NCBI GenBank assembly: GCA_964016885.1
Contig: OZ024743.1
Coordinates: 251,844,001 to 251,908,000, forward strand
Direction of reading: 5' to 3'
DNA: 64,000 nt
DNA from: Eledone cirrhosa
Taxonomy: Eukaryota
Part shown: positions 51,241-64,000 of the stretch, piece by piece
How positions within the stretch are numbered: position 1 is the stretch's first letter
Layout: the number at the start of each line of letters is the position of its first letter
The notes under the pieces: generated by a model
Told to the model about the DNA's origin: nothing
The model's database searches: none
What the model saw: only the letters and a program-made list of their open reading frames with translations
Made by a program: the position numbers and the translations under genes

Positions 51241-52198
51241 TCTATATATATAAAACTGTGGTTGTCTGTCTGTCAATCGATTTTCGGCACACATCTCCTC
51301 TTAGAATCTCTCACGGAATTGCACCGAAATTGCTATACTTGTACATTGAGCCCTAGCGAAGACATCGGAAAAAAAAAATTTCAAATTCACCCACCCTATG
51401 TGACGAAATCGAATATAATGTATCGATTTTTGAGCGTAAGTTATCAGTTATTTCCCTTTGTTCTGTTTACATTGAGCGTCTTACGTAAAAAATTACGCTG
51501 GCTTTCTCAGCGTTTGTCGAGCCAGCAAAATATTGACCTGCAAAATTCATCAGTTCGAACACTAAGCTTCCGTTTTGCTTCATTTCCATTTAAAAGCATT
51601 TTAAAACAATATTTTTACTTGAAAACAAGTCTATTTAAAGACTACGTAAAACAAGCAAATATTTCGTCGTTAGGCGTGCAGACAGACAGTCGTGCAGACA
51701 GACAGACAGTCGTGCAGAGAGGTGATATACGCGTGCAGACAGACGGTCGTGCAGAGAGGTGATATAGGCGTGCAGACAGACATTCGTGCAGAGAGGTGAT
51801 ATAGGCGTGCAGACAGACAGTCGTGCAGAGAGGTGATATAGGCGTGCAGACAGATAGTCGTGCAGAGAGGTGATATAGGCGTGCAGACAGACATAACTGA
51901 TAATTTGGTTACGCTAATGTTTTTCTCTGCGTTGCAGTGTTTACATTTTCGATCTTTGTTAATAAATAACCAGTGCAGTTTCTATCCCCAGCATCCTCTT
52001 TTGTTATAACATTCGGGTTATCGTTATGTTTTCTTAACTTCATAAGGCATATTGTTGGTTGAGGGAATATTAATCAAAAACACCACATGCAAGTCTGCAC
52101 AGTAGACACTACAGTTTTTAAGCCAATAAAGAAACTTAACATTGTAACTTTAACACAGCTACTGAGCGACCCCGAGCAACGCCGGGCTTTACTGCTAG
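51241..52198 (+). mobile_element. Non-autonomous Helitron
   Basis: A|TCTATATATATAAAA start, subterminal hairpin CCCGAGC-AAC-GCCGGG, CTAG|T end, no TSD. Confidence 0.88.
51671..51892 (+). repeat. 37-bp tandem repeat inside the Helitron
   Basis: GCGTGCAGACAGACAGTCGTGCAGAGAGGTGATATAG, about 5.5 copies, no spacers. Confidence 0.93.
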
Positions 52199-53365
52199 TA
52201 TATAGATAATAGTAATAGCATGATGAGGACGATGATGGTGGTGGTGGTGGTGAGGAGGGGGATGGTTCCAAGAATAATGGCAGGCAGGGAGGAAGTAATA
52301 GTAGTGGCATTTGGAGTAGGGGTGATGATAGGAGGTGTTGGAGGGGAAGGGATCATAAAGGAAAGCAATGGTTGGTGTAGCATACTGTGTATGTATGTGT
52401 GTGTATTTGGAGAGAGAGGAAGAAGAAGAGACTAGATAGGGACATGTGTGGAGTGTGGACAGTAGAGATAATGATATTGGCTATCATGTGGGAAATTGGT
52501 GGCAGTGTGGTTAGGTGTGGAATGAAAGGTGAAATAAAAGGGGGTGGGGACCATTTTGTACCCAACTTGAAAGATGAAGACATATTTAGTGGCTAAATGA
52601 TGTAGGAGGCATTGAAGTGAGGTGGTGGTGGTGATGGTGGTGGCAGGGGATGGTGACAGCTCTGCTTCTGTTAAATATTATATATGTATATATAGAAACA
52701 AACACACACTCAAGCACATGTACATATGTATATACATATGTGTATTAGTATATATACATATATACAAACATATATGTACACACACACACGTATATATTAG
52801 ATATTAGTTTAACAATGTTAATAATAACGAAGGCAAGTTATCTTCCATATTCATTTCATTGGCTGGGATCTTGTACTCTACTGAGTACCTTTTATTCTAG
52901 CACCAAGACTAAGAAGTTTGTCATGTCTTTGACATAATTGAAGTGTCCACCTGATTCTTTGTTTTGTAAGCTTTCCAAGGCTCCATGCCCTTCCTATCAC
53001 CAACAACTTTACAGAGTGTACAGTTGCAAGCAGGGAAAAGCGGACGTAAAATGTTGATTGGTTGATGATGATATATATATAGCTTATATTCTTTCATTTT
53101 TATTCTCTTCTTTCCAATTTCAATTCTGAAATAGAAATAATACAAGATAAACATTGCAAGGTTAAAAATTAATGAGGTTGTCACTGCTTTCCCTCCTCCC
53201 CACTGCTGCTTCCCCCAGAATCTTAGTATCATAATATAACATTAGAATTTGTATATATTGGGGCTTTTTTGTTAGTTAAACACACACACACACACACACA
53301 CATATATGTATATATATATATATATGTATGTATATGTATATATATGTATGTATATGTATATATAT

Positions 53366-53405
<40 letters not shown>

Positions 53406-53492
53406 GTAATTGTCTATGTATGTGTGAGTTTGCAGTAAACCAGTAGATGATAGATATTGATATATACAAGATGTTACTTTGGATTTCTTTTC

Positions 53493-53535
<43 letters not shown>

Positions 53536-54604
53536 CTCTCACACACTTATGTAAATATATTTGTGAATGTGGCTATGTATGTGTGTGTGTTTGCATTAAT
53601 ATATGTGTTTTTAAATGTATAAAAACAGCAAACATTAATTGAAAATAGGACTCAATACAGAGTGAAGAATCAAATATCATTTGAGTTAGCTTATCCAACT
53701 CTTTTCAAAACAATATTGTATGTATATGTCTGTGTAAGCAGTAAATTGCCACAGTTGTTAGAACACAGGGTAAAATATTTTGTGATATTCATTCCAGCTC
53801 TCTGATTTCAAATTCCATTGTGGTTAACTTTGCCTTTCCTTCTGTCAAGCTTGATGAAAATAAGTACCCGTCCAATTCAAGGGTCAATTCTTCCTCTGTA
53901 TCTCACTTTCCCTCTGTCACTCTCTCTTTCCATCTCTGAAAGAAATTGGCTATCTTCAGACCTTGAAAGTATGTGACTCTGTTAGGTTTAAAACATGCAC
54001 TAGACATGCCATATGTCAATATGCTGAGCCTTTGACTCCACCAGGTGTTACAGATCCATACATATATGCCCGTATGTGTATTTTTAATAACTTACATAAC
54101 ATACAGTTGAAATTACAATTAAAACTGTTGCAGAATTCTTAACTGGCCTATAATTTTTTTGCAGTGATCTTAGTTGCCTTCTCCTAGTGTATTTCTTAAA
54201 TGGTGCATAAGTGCAGCATTGTTTTCTCTGTTTTTGATTTTCATTTTCTTGGCACTTTTCCAGTTTAAAGATAGAAGCAGTCATTAGCAGTTTATTTCAT
54301 GAAAAAATTTCAAATGACTGAGTATCCTACATAACAAAACTATTGAATTTTGATTGGAAAATTCATTCATAGTTTGCCAAAACATGATTCTGATTTCATC
54401 ATCTTTCTCTAAATAATACAGAAGCATATCATATATGCCTTCATATATCCCTCTTTTAGGAATCTCACTATGTTAGTACTCACGCTAAATAACCCTCTCC
54501 AGTCAAGCTCGCACAATATGTAAAAGAGCATTTCTAATAGATGTTTTATATGTAAATAGTATATAAACAATAGCTTATTCTTTTCTCAGTATCAACTGAG
54601 TTAA

Positions 54605-54646
54605 GGTCACTGATGATGGATAAAAAATCCTGAAGTACTAATGATT
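54605..54646 (+). ncRNA. Degenerate minimal hammerhead motif
   Basis: GGTCA-CTGATGA-TGGAT(AAAAA)ATCCT-GAA-GTAC-TA-A-TGATT; one A of GAAA is missing. Confidence 0.5.
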
Positions 54647-56276
54647 GGTGTGCTCACATGTCTATGGAGGTAGCTGACATGATCAGGACTTAAAATATCC
54701 ATAGCGAGACATATTTTTTAGTATACATAATCATATTGTATACGCCATCATACACTTGTCTATCATGAATAACGCTATGTTAGTGCTATAGCCAATTCAT
54801 CATTTACTCAGATATAAGGAAGAAGAAAGAAGAAAATGAACGAATAAGCAAATAATTATAATGAATAATTATTTTACTCATTGACATATATTTTACAAAC
54901 TTTTTACCACTCCCAGTCAATTTATAATGTATAACTGTCTTTATTAAAAGAAATTTAGTGAGTAAAGATGCTGTGACTTTAAATTATTTCTCTACCAATT
55001 TTAAATAAACTCTCAAAATTAATTGACCAATGAAGTCATCCAAATGAGAAAATTTAATGAAATAAATGAAATTCCTGACCAAAATGTCTATATATACAAG
55101 GTGAATATTCACTAGAAGTACTGAAACTTGGCCTCCCATAGAGTAAATAATTATGAGAAGAATAGTGTTTGATTTAAACATACATATACTCAATATATAC
55201 CATTACCTGATTATTTCTCTTTCTTTTTAAGTAACAGAAAAATATATTTTGTAGTCTCACACCAAACTTCAACTTCAATTTAAAAATTACTTGACAATTT
55301 TTGTGATTAACTGTTATAAACTAAACACATTTGTTAGTATTTTTATGATAACAACTACAGTAAAGCCCACATCCAACACATTTTCTCTCTCTCTATCTTC
55401 CACACAAAATGTATACAGCTGAATCAGCTTATCAAAGTTCAATATTTAATGATATGGTTTTCGAAATCTAACTGGAATTCCTCAAGTACTGCTACTATTA
55501 TTTCACAATACTAAGAATGATAGTTCATATTAACTGTCTTATTAGACTCTTCTAAGCTTTAACTCTTCAATTAATTATGGTCATAGCATTGCATCTCATC
55601 CTTTTTACATTCGTTTTTATATGCGTGCATGGGTTAGTGAACTCCTCCCCAGTAAAGTATATCTCTAATTGTCCCTTTCCATTGTCATCTTCTTTGTATG
55701 GTTCAACATCCTGAGATAAGTTCTCACCACTTCAGTCTAAATCTTCCCTGCTCTTCTGCTTCTCCATGCTTGCATTAGATGAGTCCTCCCTAGTAAAACA
55801 TTTCTTCACTCATTTCTTTCCTTTGTCATTTCCTTTGTGAGGTTCATCATTTTAGGATCTGCTTTTACCATCTTACCCAAACCTTCCTCAGCACACCATA
55901 CAAGTTAGAAGAATCTGTTTAGGAACACTTTAATTTTTGAAAACCTATCATTGCCATATTTCTAATAATGCTACCTGAGATTTTGAAATAATTTTGAAAA
56001 TAATCAAGAATTTCTAACGTTTTGTAATATTAATGCCATTATTAAGCTGGTGTTTGGAAAATAACTTAACAAAGCTTTTTATGCCAACATAAGAGCAAGA
56101 ATGACAAGGTCATTCTACTAACATGGCTTAAAGAGATGTTTGCACAATTGCACATGAATTGAATATTATTATTATTAATATTCAAAAATCTCAGATTACA
56201 TTTATTGTATTCAGCCATGTAGAGCGATAACTATTTGTTGGTTATTATATAAGGTTTTTAGATAAATATAGGCATT

Positions 56277-56525
56277 TTAACCCTTTCTTTATGAATATAT
56301 GAATATTTCTAATAAAAGATACTGCCTTTGATTTTCAAGAATTTATAGAAATTTAGTAAAATAAGCTTCTTATTACTAAGCAAATGTTTGGAACATAACT
56401 TAACCAAGATTCTTACATGAATTTTTTCTGGAAAGCTTTTAGATAAATGTATACACTTTAAGATAGACAATTTTGTATCTGAGAATCAAAGTTGATTTCA
56501 AACAGTTTGGTACCAGAATGGTTAA
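56277..56525. mobile_element. TTAA-flanked MITE-like repeat M2
   Basis: TTAACCCTTTC..GTACCAGAATGGTTAA; related segments at 18590-19420, 40680 and 55960. Confidence 0.6.
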
Positions 56526-57147
56526 CAAGCTTGAAACATTTCCACGATTTTATTTCTTCAATTAATTATGAGAGCCATGGCATTAGGAATAATATAAGTT
56601 TAGGAAGAATATATTTAAGACAACAGCAGTTAAGTCTGACACTTATGTGACAAATCTATTATTGTTTACCAGATCATAGCATAAATGTCTTAGACCAATC
56701 TGTAAGAAAGTTCTATTACTATATTTACCACGAAAGAAACATTTTTATTAAATCTTTGAAAGTAAGATTTTCTATAATTGTTTGTGTTATTTCATTTTTT
56801 TAATTTATATATAGGTTTCATTTTTTAAATGTTTTTTTGGTTTTTATATGGAAAAGTGTTTCTTCTTTAGTCAGTTGATATATAGATATTGAAATTAAAG
56901 TAAAGTAAAGATAATATATATGTATGAATATATACATACACACACACACAGACACACACATATATATATATATATCCATACATGTGTGTGTGTGAGTGAG
57001 TGTGTATATGTATGTATATGTATGTATAATAAACTTTTTTATTTGTTGCCCATGAAAGAAATAATTTTTTTACAGATAAAATTTCACTCTTTCTTTCAAG
57101 TATCACTGAACTCTCCTTCCTTCTCTCTTCTTCAAATTTCCAAAACA

Positions 57148-57148
<1 letters not shown>

Positions 57149-57204
<56 letters not shown>

Positions 57205-57205
57205 T
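57149..57205. repeat. (CTAT)n microsatellite, 5' flank of the Tx1 element
   Basis: About 14 units; the repeat resumes at 62944-62969. Confidence 0.95.
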
Positions 57206-57436
57206 AATCTAGCTGTCGTCTGTTCGACAGCGTAGACGTAATTCACTTCATGCAGAAGTTTTGTTCCATTTTACTGCGGAAATTTTGTAAGTTTAATTTT
57301 AATTTTGATACTATTGTGTAGCTTGACCCCCCGTCTGAACTGTCAGGCGGTGGGTCAGCTCATCTTCGCCCCTCCCAGGGGTGAAAAACCTGTTTTTAAA
57401 AATGTTGTGGCATAAAATGTCAATCGTCTGGCAGAA

Positions 57437-59334
57437 ATGTTAAACGAAGCTAACGAAAATAGTGGTGGGGGGACAGCGGTAAGAGTTGTAAGCTCGCACG
57501 CTTTAGTCCCCCCTTCCTTCCCAACTAACGTCATAGAGAAGGAAAGAAAAATAAAAATAAAAACAGACGAATGTGCGGAGAAAAATGACGAAACCACAAA
57601 TCTGGAGATTGATTCCAACAACAACAAAAATTTGAAAGAATTGCATGACAATATTAATGCCACAAACAAAGAAACAACAAACACAAAAATAACATTTGAA
57701 AACAACATCATAACAGAAAGCAAAACTGAGGACAAAGTCAACACCAATAATATCTCATTTGCACAAAGAACAAAAAAATCTTTAACATATATACCTGAAA
57801 ATATTTCAGATGTGGCACAAAGAATAACAAACGCCAAACAATACATAACTCAAGGGGAAAATGGAACCTTATCGGTAAAAATGCCCCAAGAACTCACCAA
57901 AGATATTGAAATTCGGACGGTCGTTTTCCGCACCATCAACAACATCTCAAAAAAACCTCAACAACCAACACAAGCAGAAATTAAAGCAGTACTTACAGAA
58001 GTACTTAATGAAGCCACTTTCATAAGAAGAGACAGGCTGTATGGAAGCCTAGCCATTATTATGAAGAACGAATCAGCGGCAAAAAAATATGCTTTGTCGC
58101 CGATTCGTTCGACAAATTTTACCTTTTATCCATCTTATATGGGTAAAAGAACTCAGCGCTCGATGCGATGATGCCAGATGTGGACTACTGCTGGCTCATA
58201 GCTGGCTTCATCGATCCAGCGAATGACAACGTGATTTCCATTGGGAAAACCACAGGCAATGCGTTCAGTGGAACAGGTATAGAACTTGTAATGCAAATGA
58301 AGCCTAAACGCATTGCCCAAATACCCGAGAGAATCCTATTAGAGGGCCACGGGTATATAAACATTAGCGTGGAGGGGAGAAGGCTGTCCTGTCATATCTG
58401 TGCAGGCAGAGGGCACCTGAAGGCGGCTTGTCTCCAACTAAACAAGAAGAAAACCCTACTACCAACACCAGCTCTACCACCACCACAACAGATAAACAAA
58501 CAACAAAACTCAGTCCCACCCAACCCGTCCCTCAGTAAAACTACACCACCACCACAGCACAAACAGACACAAAACATTACCCAAAAACAAAACACAGTTC
58601 CACCCAACCCCTCACTCAATAAAACAACACAACCACCGCAGCCACAACACACAACACAGTCTAGCATAGTGACATCCATCTCCCCCACAAAGAAAACTAA
58701 CACGGAAACATAACCAGCAAACATACCCCTTCCCTCCAACACTGAAGATAACCCGACGAATTCGGAGGAAGAAACGGAGTCCTTCAGACAGATTAAAAGG
58801 AAAAAAAGAAAACATGTGCAAAACACACAAGGCCAAACAGCCCCTACCCAAATGTCAACACAATCCAACAAAACACAAAACACCCCTCCAGCAACAAACA
58901 AAACCGAACCTGCCCCTCCCCTCTTCGAAACACTCACACCATCCGAAAAAAAGACTTTACACTATACTTACATCAACAGAAACAATAATAAATTAAATGA
59001 ACTCATAAACAATAACCCTTGCGTACAAACCGAAGGGGTAAACTTTGTTTCTTCAGAAAACTACCCACATTTAAAATTAATAAAGATCCCAATGAACCTC
59101 TACCAAAAACTAAAAAAGAATTTTAAGGAGGACGTAGGACCACCCTCTGTCAAACCCATAAACCGCGTCCTCCTAAAAAGCTTTCCCCCTCCCCTTCCAC
59201 TCCCCAACACAACTCCAAACACCTCAACCCCACCACACACTGACGACCCCACACCACCACAAGACACCCCTTCACCCAACACCCCCGACTACATGGAAGT
59301 CGTGCGACCCGAACCCCGGGAAGCAGAAAGGTAG
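57437..59334 (+). pseudogene. Tx1 ORF1 (zinc-knuckle protein), one frameshift and one stop
   Basis: PSYMGKR, VEGRRLS-CHICAGRGHLKAAC (CX2CX4HX4C), Pro/Thr/Gln-rich tail. Pieces are 57437..58171, 58168..58713 and an in-frame continuation to 59334. Confidence 0.85.
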
Positions 59335-59368
59335 GTTTCTACACTCTCCTTCCGGCTTTGCCGCCCAC

Positions 59369-62300
59369 ATGGATGTGTTAAGAGTAGGATGTTTGAATGC
59401 ACGTGGCCTGGGATCAACTTGGAAACAAGCAAAGCTTCTAAATGACCTCAGGTCACGTGGTATAAATGTAATGGTTATCTGTGAGACTCGGATCAGCGTC
59501 GTGCGGCAGCTGGCCCCTACCTTCGATGGTCTTGCCGTACAGGTTGTTCACTCGAACCCGGAGGGTCGTTTATTAGTGCTAGACGTTGGCAGTAGTGAAG
59601 GTGCGGCCTTGAGACTGGTCGCCGTCTACTCCCCTTTCGGAGCTGAACGGCCCGACTTCTTCCAGCGTTTGGAGACTTTTCTGGGAACGTCGCGTTCCCT
59701 GCTTCTAGCGGGGGATTGGAATGACATCCTAGATGCTCGTTGGGACTATGCAGGAGCATGTACTAATAGAGGGGTGTGTAACAGCCTCAAGGGGTTACTC
59801 GACCGTTTTAACTTGGTCGATAGATATCGACTAGATTTTCCAACTGTGCCTACCTGGACTTGGAGAAACCACAGTGGTCAATCTAGATCGTACTTAGATA
59901 GATTCTTAGTTAGAAGTAAGGATAGGGACATATTAAGCTGTCCAGAAATGCGCACGGTTGGCTATACGGATCACAAATTAGTGACCTGCGTAGTCAATCT
60001 CGAGAAAACAGATAAACAGGGTCCCGGTTACTGGAAACTTAATTTATCTTTACCGGCAAAAGAGACTTACAGAAACCGGATTAGCAGATTAGTTAAGGAG
60101 AGGTTGACGGTTGCAATCGTCAACAACCGATGGTGGGCATCTCTCAAAAGAGAGATTAGAACAGAATCAATAAGTTATAGCAAGATGTTAGCTGCCGATA
60201 GGAATAGAAACGAGAAAGAATTAACAGGTAAATTAGAAGAGGCAATCAAGAGCGAAGATGTGGCCAGAGTGCTGGCATCGAGGACGGCCTTGAACCAGTT
60301 TTTCAATGCAAAGCACGAAGGCTGCGTCATTCGAAGTAAAATACGTGCTCTAGGTAATGAGGAGGCCAAAGCCATTGGCTGGGCCCGCGTGACAGAAGCT
60401 AAGAGTGGAAATCGATCCACCATCCGGTCGTTGCAAGACGAGGATGGACGGGTGATCGGGAGCTTAAGCAGATGTGCGAAGCCTTTCAAAGGCACTTTGC
60501 CCGATTATTCGGGGGAGGAGAGGGTCCGGGCGGGGACGTGGATTTCGGTCCATACCTCGACGGCCTGCCGCGTCTCTCGAGCGAAGAGGCAGAGTCCTGC
60601 GAGGGACCAATCTCGGCTGATGAGATCGGAGATGCGCTGAGCCAATGCAGCAGACGCAAATCTCCAGGTCTCGATGGTATACATTACGAACTTTATTTAG
60701 CAATGCCGGTCTTCTTCTCCGAACTCCTCGAAGCGGTCTACTGCAATTGGCAGCAGAACGGGAGAATTCCTTGTTCTGTAGCCAAGGGCGTAGTCTCGCT
60801 GGTGAGGAAGGACGAGAACAAGGGGGATAGTATAAATAATTTTCGGCCCATAACCCTACTAAATACAGAGTTAAAGATTTTGGCCAAGGTGTTAGCAAAG
60901 AGGTTGGCGCTTGTCGTGGGTAGCCTGGTGGGAGATGCGCAAACATGTGCTATCCCACCCAGGTCCATTCACGATAACCTCCACCTCATGCGATACATCA
61001 TAGAGAGGGTTGGCAACAAACCCGGCTTCGGTGGGGCCCTGATCATCTTGGATCAATCTAAGGCCTTCGATAGGGTCGACCATGGTTACCTGGATGCGGT
61101 GCTAGCGGCGGCTGGGTTCGGTCCTGTTTTCAGAGGCTGGATCACTGCCTTACATAGCAACCACATCTGTTCTAGGATCAAGGTGAACGGCTACCTTTCG
61201 AAGCCGTTCGAAATCACACGATCCATTCGACAGGGGTGCCCTCTCTCCTCCCTTCTGTACGTATTGACTCTCGAGCCTTTACTGAGGAAGTTAGAGTTGT
61301 TGCAGGGTATCCCCCTGGAACCAGGATTGAGCAAAGCGGTGTCGGCCTACGCCGATGACGTAACAGTAATGGTATCGACCGACTCGGAAATCGAGGCGAT
61401 CGGTACCTTACTGGAGGATTACGAAAGGTTGTCAGGAGCAAAACTGAACCGGGAAAAATCCATCGGGCTGCAACTCGGAACGTGGAGAGGCAGACCGATG
61501 CCTCCCGACAGTGTCGTCGGACACTGGACGGAGGGCCCGGTAAAGTTGCTTGGGGTCTGGTTTGGACCGGACCTCCAGGTGGAAAAGAACTGGGACGAGG
61601 TTACGAACAAGGTGTTTGCACTAACCCAGAAATGGGCCAAGTGTAAGCTGTCCCTAAAAGGCCGGGCGGAGGTGGCGAACATTTACATAGCGTCCGTCAC
61701 TTACTACCGTCTGACTGTCGTGCCCTGCCCTAAGGAAACACTCACCACCATGGAACGCATGCTCTTCCAATTTCTTTGGAAGAAACGCCCTCCTATGGTG
61801 AGAAGATCCATCTGCTGCCAACAACCTTCGAAAGTAGGGCTGGGGATGCCGTGGTTGATGATGCGTAGGCACGCATTAAGGCTACGGCACCTACAGGTAT
61901 TCCTCACTGGTCAACCGGTGTGGGCTCCGTTCGTGAAACGAGCCTTCCCGAGACTCGTCTCGCTCACCGAGCTGCAGTCCTGGTTCAAGCAAAGATCCGG
62001 AAAACGGGAAGACTGGCACACTGAGTGTGCTCAGGCGCTCAGGGCTCTCTGGCAAGCGGGCAAGGCCATCTGCGGAGAATCCACCTCATCATTCTATAGA
62101 GGGCTGGTGGCTAGCAGGGGCGATGACACCCTTGGAGAGTCGCTGGACATGGAAGAGAACGAACTGGCCAGCCTGTTCCGTAGGACTTTCGGCCCGGGAC
62201 CAATGGACAACTTCCAGAAGTCACTAGCCTGGCAGTGCTACCGGGGGCTCTACCCGTTCGAGAGAGGCTCTACAGACACGGGCGCCCGGGCAGGGATCCC

Positions 62301-62729
62301 TCAAAAAAGATTTGCCCTAGATGCGTGCGTCACGAAGAAATCGTTGCGCACGCATTGGTGCACTGTCCGGGCGTGGCTGATCTGTGGGGCTATGCCGAAC
62401 CACTGCTGTCGCGGGTGGCGCCGATTCAATTGACCGCCGAGTCCGTGATGACAATCAAACCGCCTCCCCTCTTCACAAAGGAAGCAAAGGCGGTTTTTCT
62501 GTGCGTAATAGCCATGTTGAAAGAGGTTGTTTGGTGGACTCGATTGAAAGGTCTGAGGTCAGGCAACTTCCTCTCTGGCCATAGTCTGGCCTACTTCTTC
62601 CGATATCACTTCGGAAGAAGGATAAGAATGGAAAGAGAGGTGCCTGGCCACAGGCAGTTTTATGAAAGGTGGGTGATAGTGGCGAGAATGGCTCGTGTAA
62701 ATGAGCCTTCTCTGTATACCATCCTGTAG
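59369..62729 (+). pseudogene. Tx1 ORF2 (APE, RT, C-terminal zinc motif), two frameshifts
   Basis: LNARGL, CETR, AGDWN, SYLDRF, TDHKLV, GYWKLN; KSPGLDG, FRPITLLN, DQSKAFDRVDH, IRQGCPLS, AYADDV; CPRC..HALVHC. Frameshifts lie near 60470 and 62245. Confidence 0.93.
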
Positions 62730-63124
62730 GTAAAGAAGTGAAGGAGAGGGGAGCACCTTCTTCATGTGCTCCCTGGGCAAAGTATTGCACACTTTTTCGG
62801 GGGTGTGTGCAACCCCCATCACGTCCCCTCCCTTTTGAGGTTATTTTCGATTATTTTCATTTTATACCCTTTTTACTTGATTGTATGTAAACTCCCCCTT
62901 TGTATTTGTCCCTTCTTTTTATGCCTTTATGGTAAATAAAGAAATCTATCTATCTATCTATCTATCTATATATATATATATATACACACACACATATATA
63001 TGCACTTACATAGACACATTTACAGATGTCAGTGTATGTATATATATATATATATACATACACTCACACTGACATTTGTGTATGTGTCTATGTAAGTGCA
63101 TATATGTATATATATATATATATA

Positions 63125-63490
63125 ATCATCATCATCATCATTTTACGTCTGCTTTTCCCTGCTTGCAAGGGTGGGATGGGAACTGATTCTGACTTGATTT
63201 CTACAGCTGGATGCCTTTCCTAACACCAACCTCATTTAGAGTGAGTGCTGGGTGCTTTTTTTTCCGTGGCACCTACACGTCCATTTTACAGTGTGGGCTG
63301 GGTGCTTTTTTGCCGTGGCACCTCCACGACCACTTTGCAGTCCAATCATCTCATTTCTAAAGCTGAGTAAACTGGAGCAATGTGAAATAAAGTGTCTTGC
63401 TCAAGGAAACAACACATCACCCGGTCTGAGAATTGAACTCACAACCTTTCGATTGCAAGCCCGATGCTCTAACCACTAAGCCATGCACCT
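63125..63490 (-). mobile_element. SINE S2 copy
   Basis: Reverse complement of 13613-13953. Confidence 0.88.
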
Positions 63491-63512
63491 ATATTTATAT
63501 ATATATTTATAT

Positions 63513-64000
63513 GGCGGGTAAAATTCCCGAGATCCATGGACGAGTTCTCTCCAGCGGTCTCTGTCCCTCATTATCACTGCCATGTCCTGCGTCTCCAACA
63601 GACCAGTGTCTGTCCTTAGGGCATCAACATACGTTAACCTTGGTCTTCCTCTTCCAGTGGTTAGAGGGAGCTAGAGCAAAGTGCCTTCCTGCGGTGATGG
63701 TTTTCATTGACTTTAGGAAGGCATTTGATTCTGTGAACCGTCACTGCCTGATGAAGATCTTACAGGCTTATGGAATCTCCAAGAAGATAGTGGACCTGAT
63801 ATCACTGCTCTACACCAACATCAAAGCCCAAGTCATTACACCTGATGGGATGACAGAGTTCTTTGAGATACTGGCTGGAGTGTTCCTGGGAGATACATTG
63901 GCTCCCTACCTTTTTATCATCGTAGTGGCCTATTGTATGTGCCTTGCACTCGAGAAACACCAGGATTCTGGCTTTACTGTAGCACCAGCTCAGAGCAGGA
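63513..64000. mobile_element. RTE-like family B copy with an apparent 5' inversion, runs off the window
   Basis: 63513-63659 matches 24499-24647 (minus-strand 3' end). From 63660 the plus strand encodes FIDFRKAFDSV..LYTN..AGVFLGDTLAPYLF. Confidence 0.87.

Larger units (their letters stand above)
57206..62943 (+). mobile_element. Near-complete Tx1/L1-clade LINE
   Basis: 5' UTR, ORF1, ORF2 and a 3' UTR ending AATAAAGAA, bounded by (CTAT)n on both sides. Confidence 0.94.

Noticed and set aside
51671-51892. CRISPR-like array
   Set aside because: Contiguous units without unique spacers, inside a Helitron, in eukaryotic DNA.
54084-54284. 66-aa minus-strand ORF
   Set aside because: Only an NYRPV motif hints at a LINE remnant; no support as a gene.

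Overview
AT-rich, microsatellite-laden animal DNA. The repeat content (tRNA-derived SINEs, RTE LINEs with (GAT)n tails, long TA/CA tracts) suggests an octopus-like cephalopod; this is inference. I found no host gene exon, and most of the listed short ORFs are microsatellite or antisense noise. The window is almost all mobile DNA: one near-full-length RTE LINE plus many 3' fragments, a second RTE-like family present twice with 5' inversions, two Naiad-like Penelope elements (PLEs), a near-complete Tx1/L1 LINE inside a (CTAT)n tract, decayed CRE-like RLE elements, a DD37D (maT) transposon, a non-autonomous Helitron, three kinds of MITE and two SINE families. The most striking signal is a set of unrelated long fold-back elements (about 10.2, 14.2, 22.1, 23.1 and 24.1 kb) and solo termini embedded in (TA)n. 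Many carry type I hammerhead ribozyme motifs pointing outward on both arms. I interpret them as ribozyme-bearing PLE termini or non-autonomous hairpin derivatives. All alignments and folds were done by eye, so boundaries are approximate.
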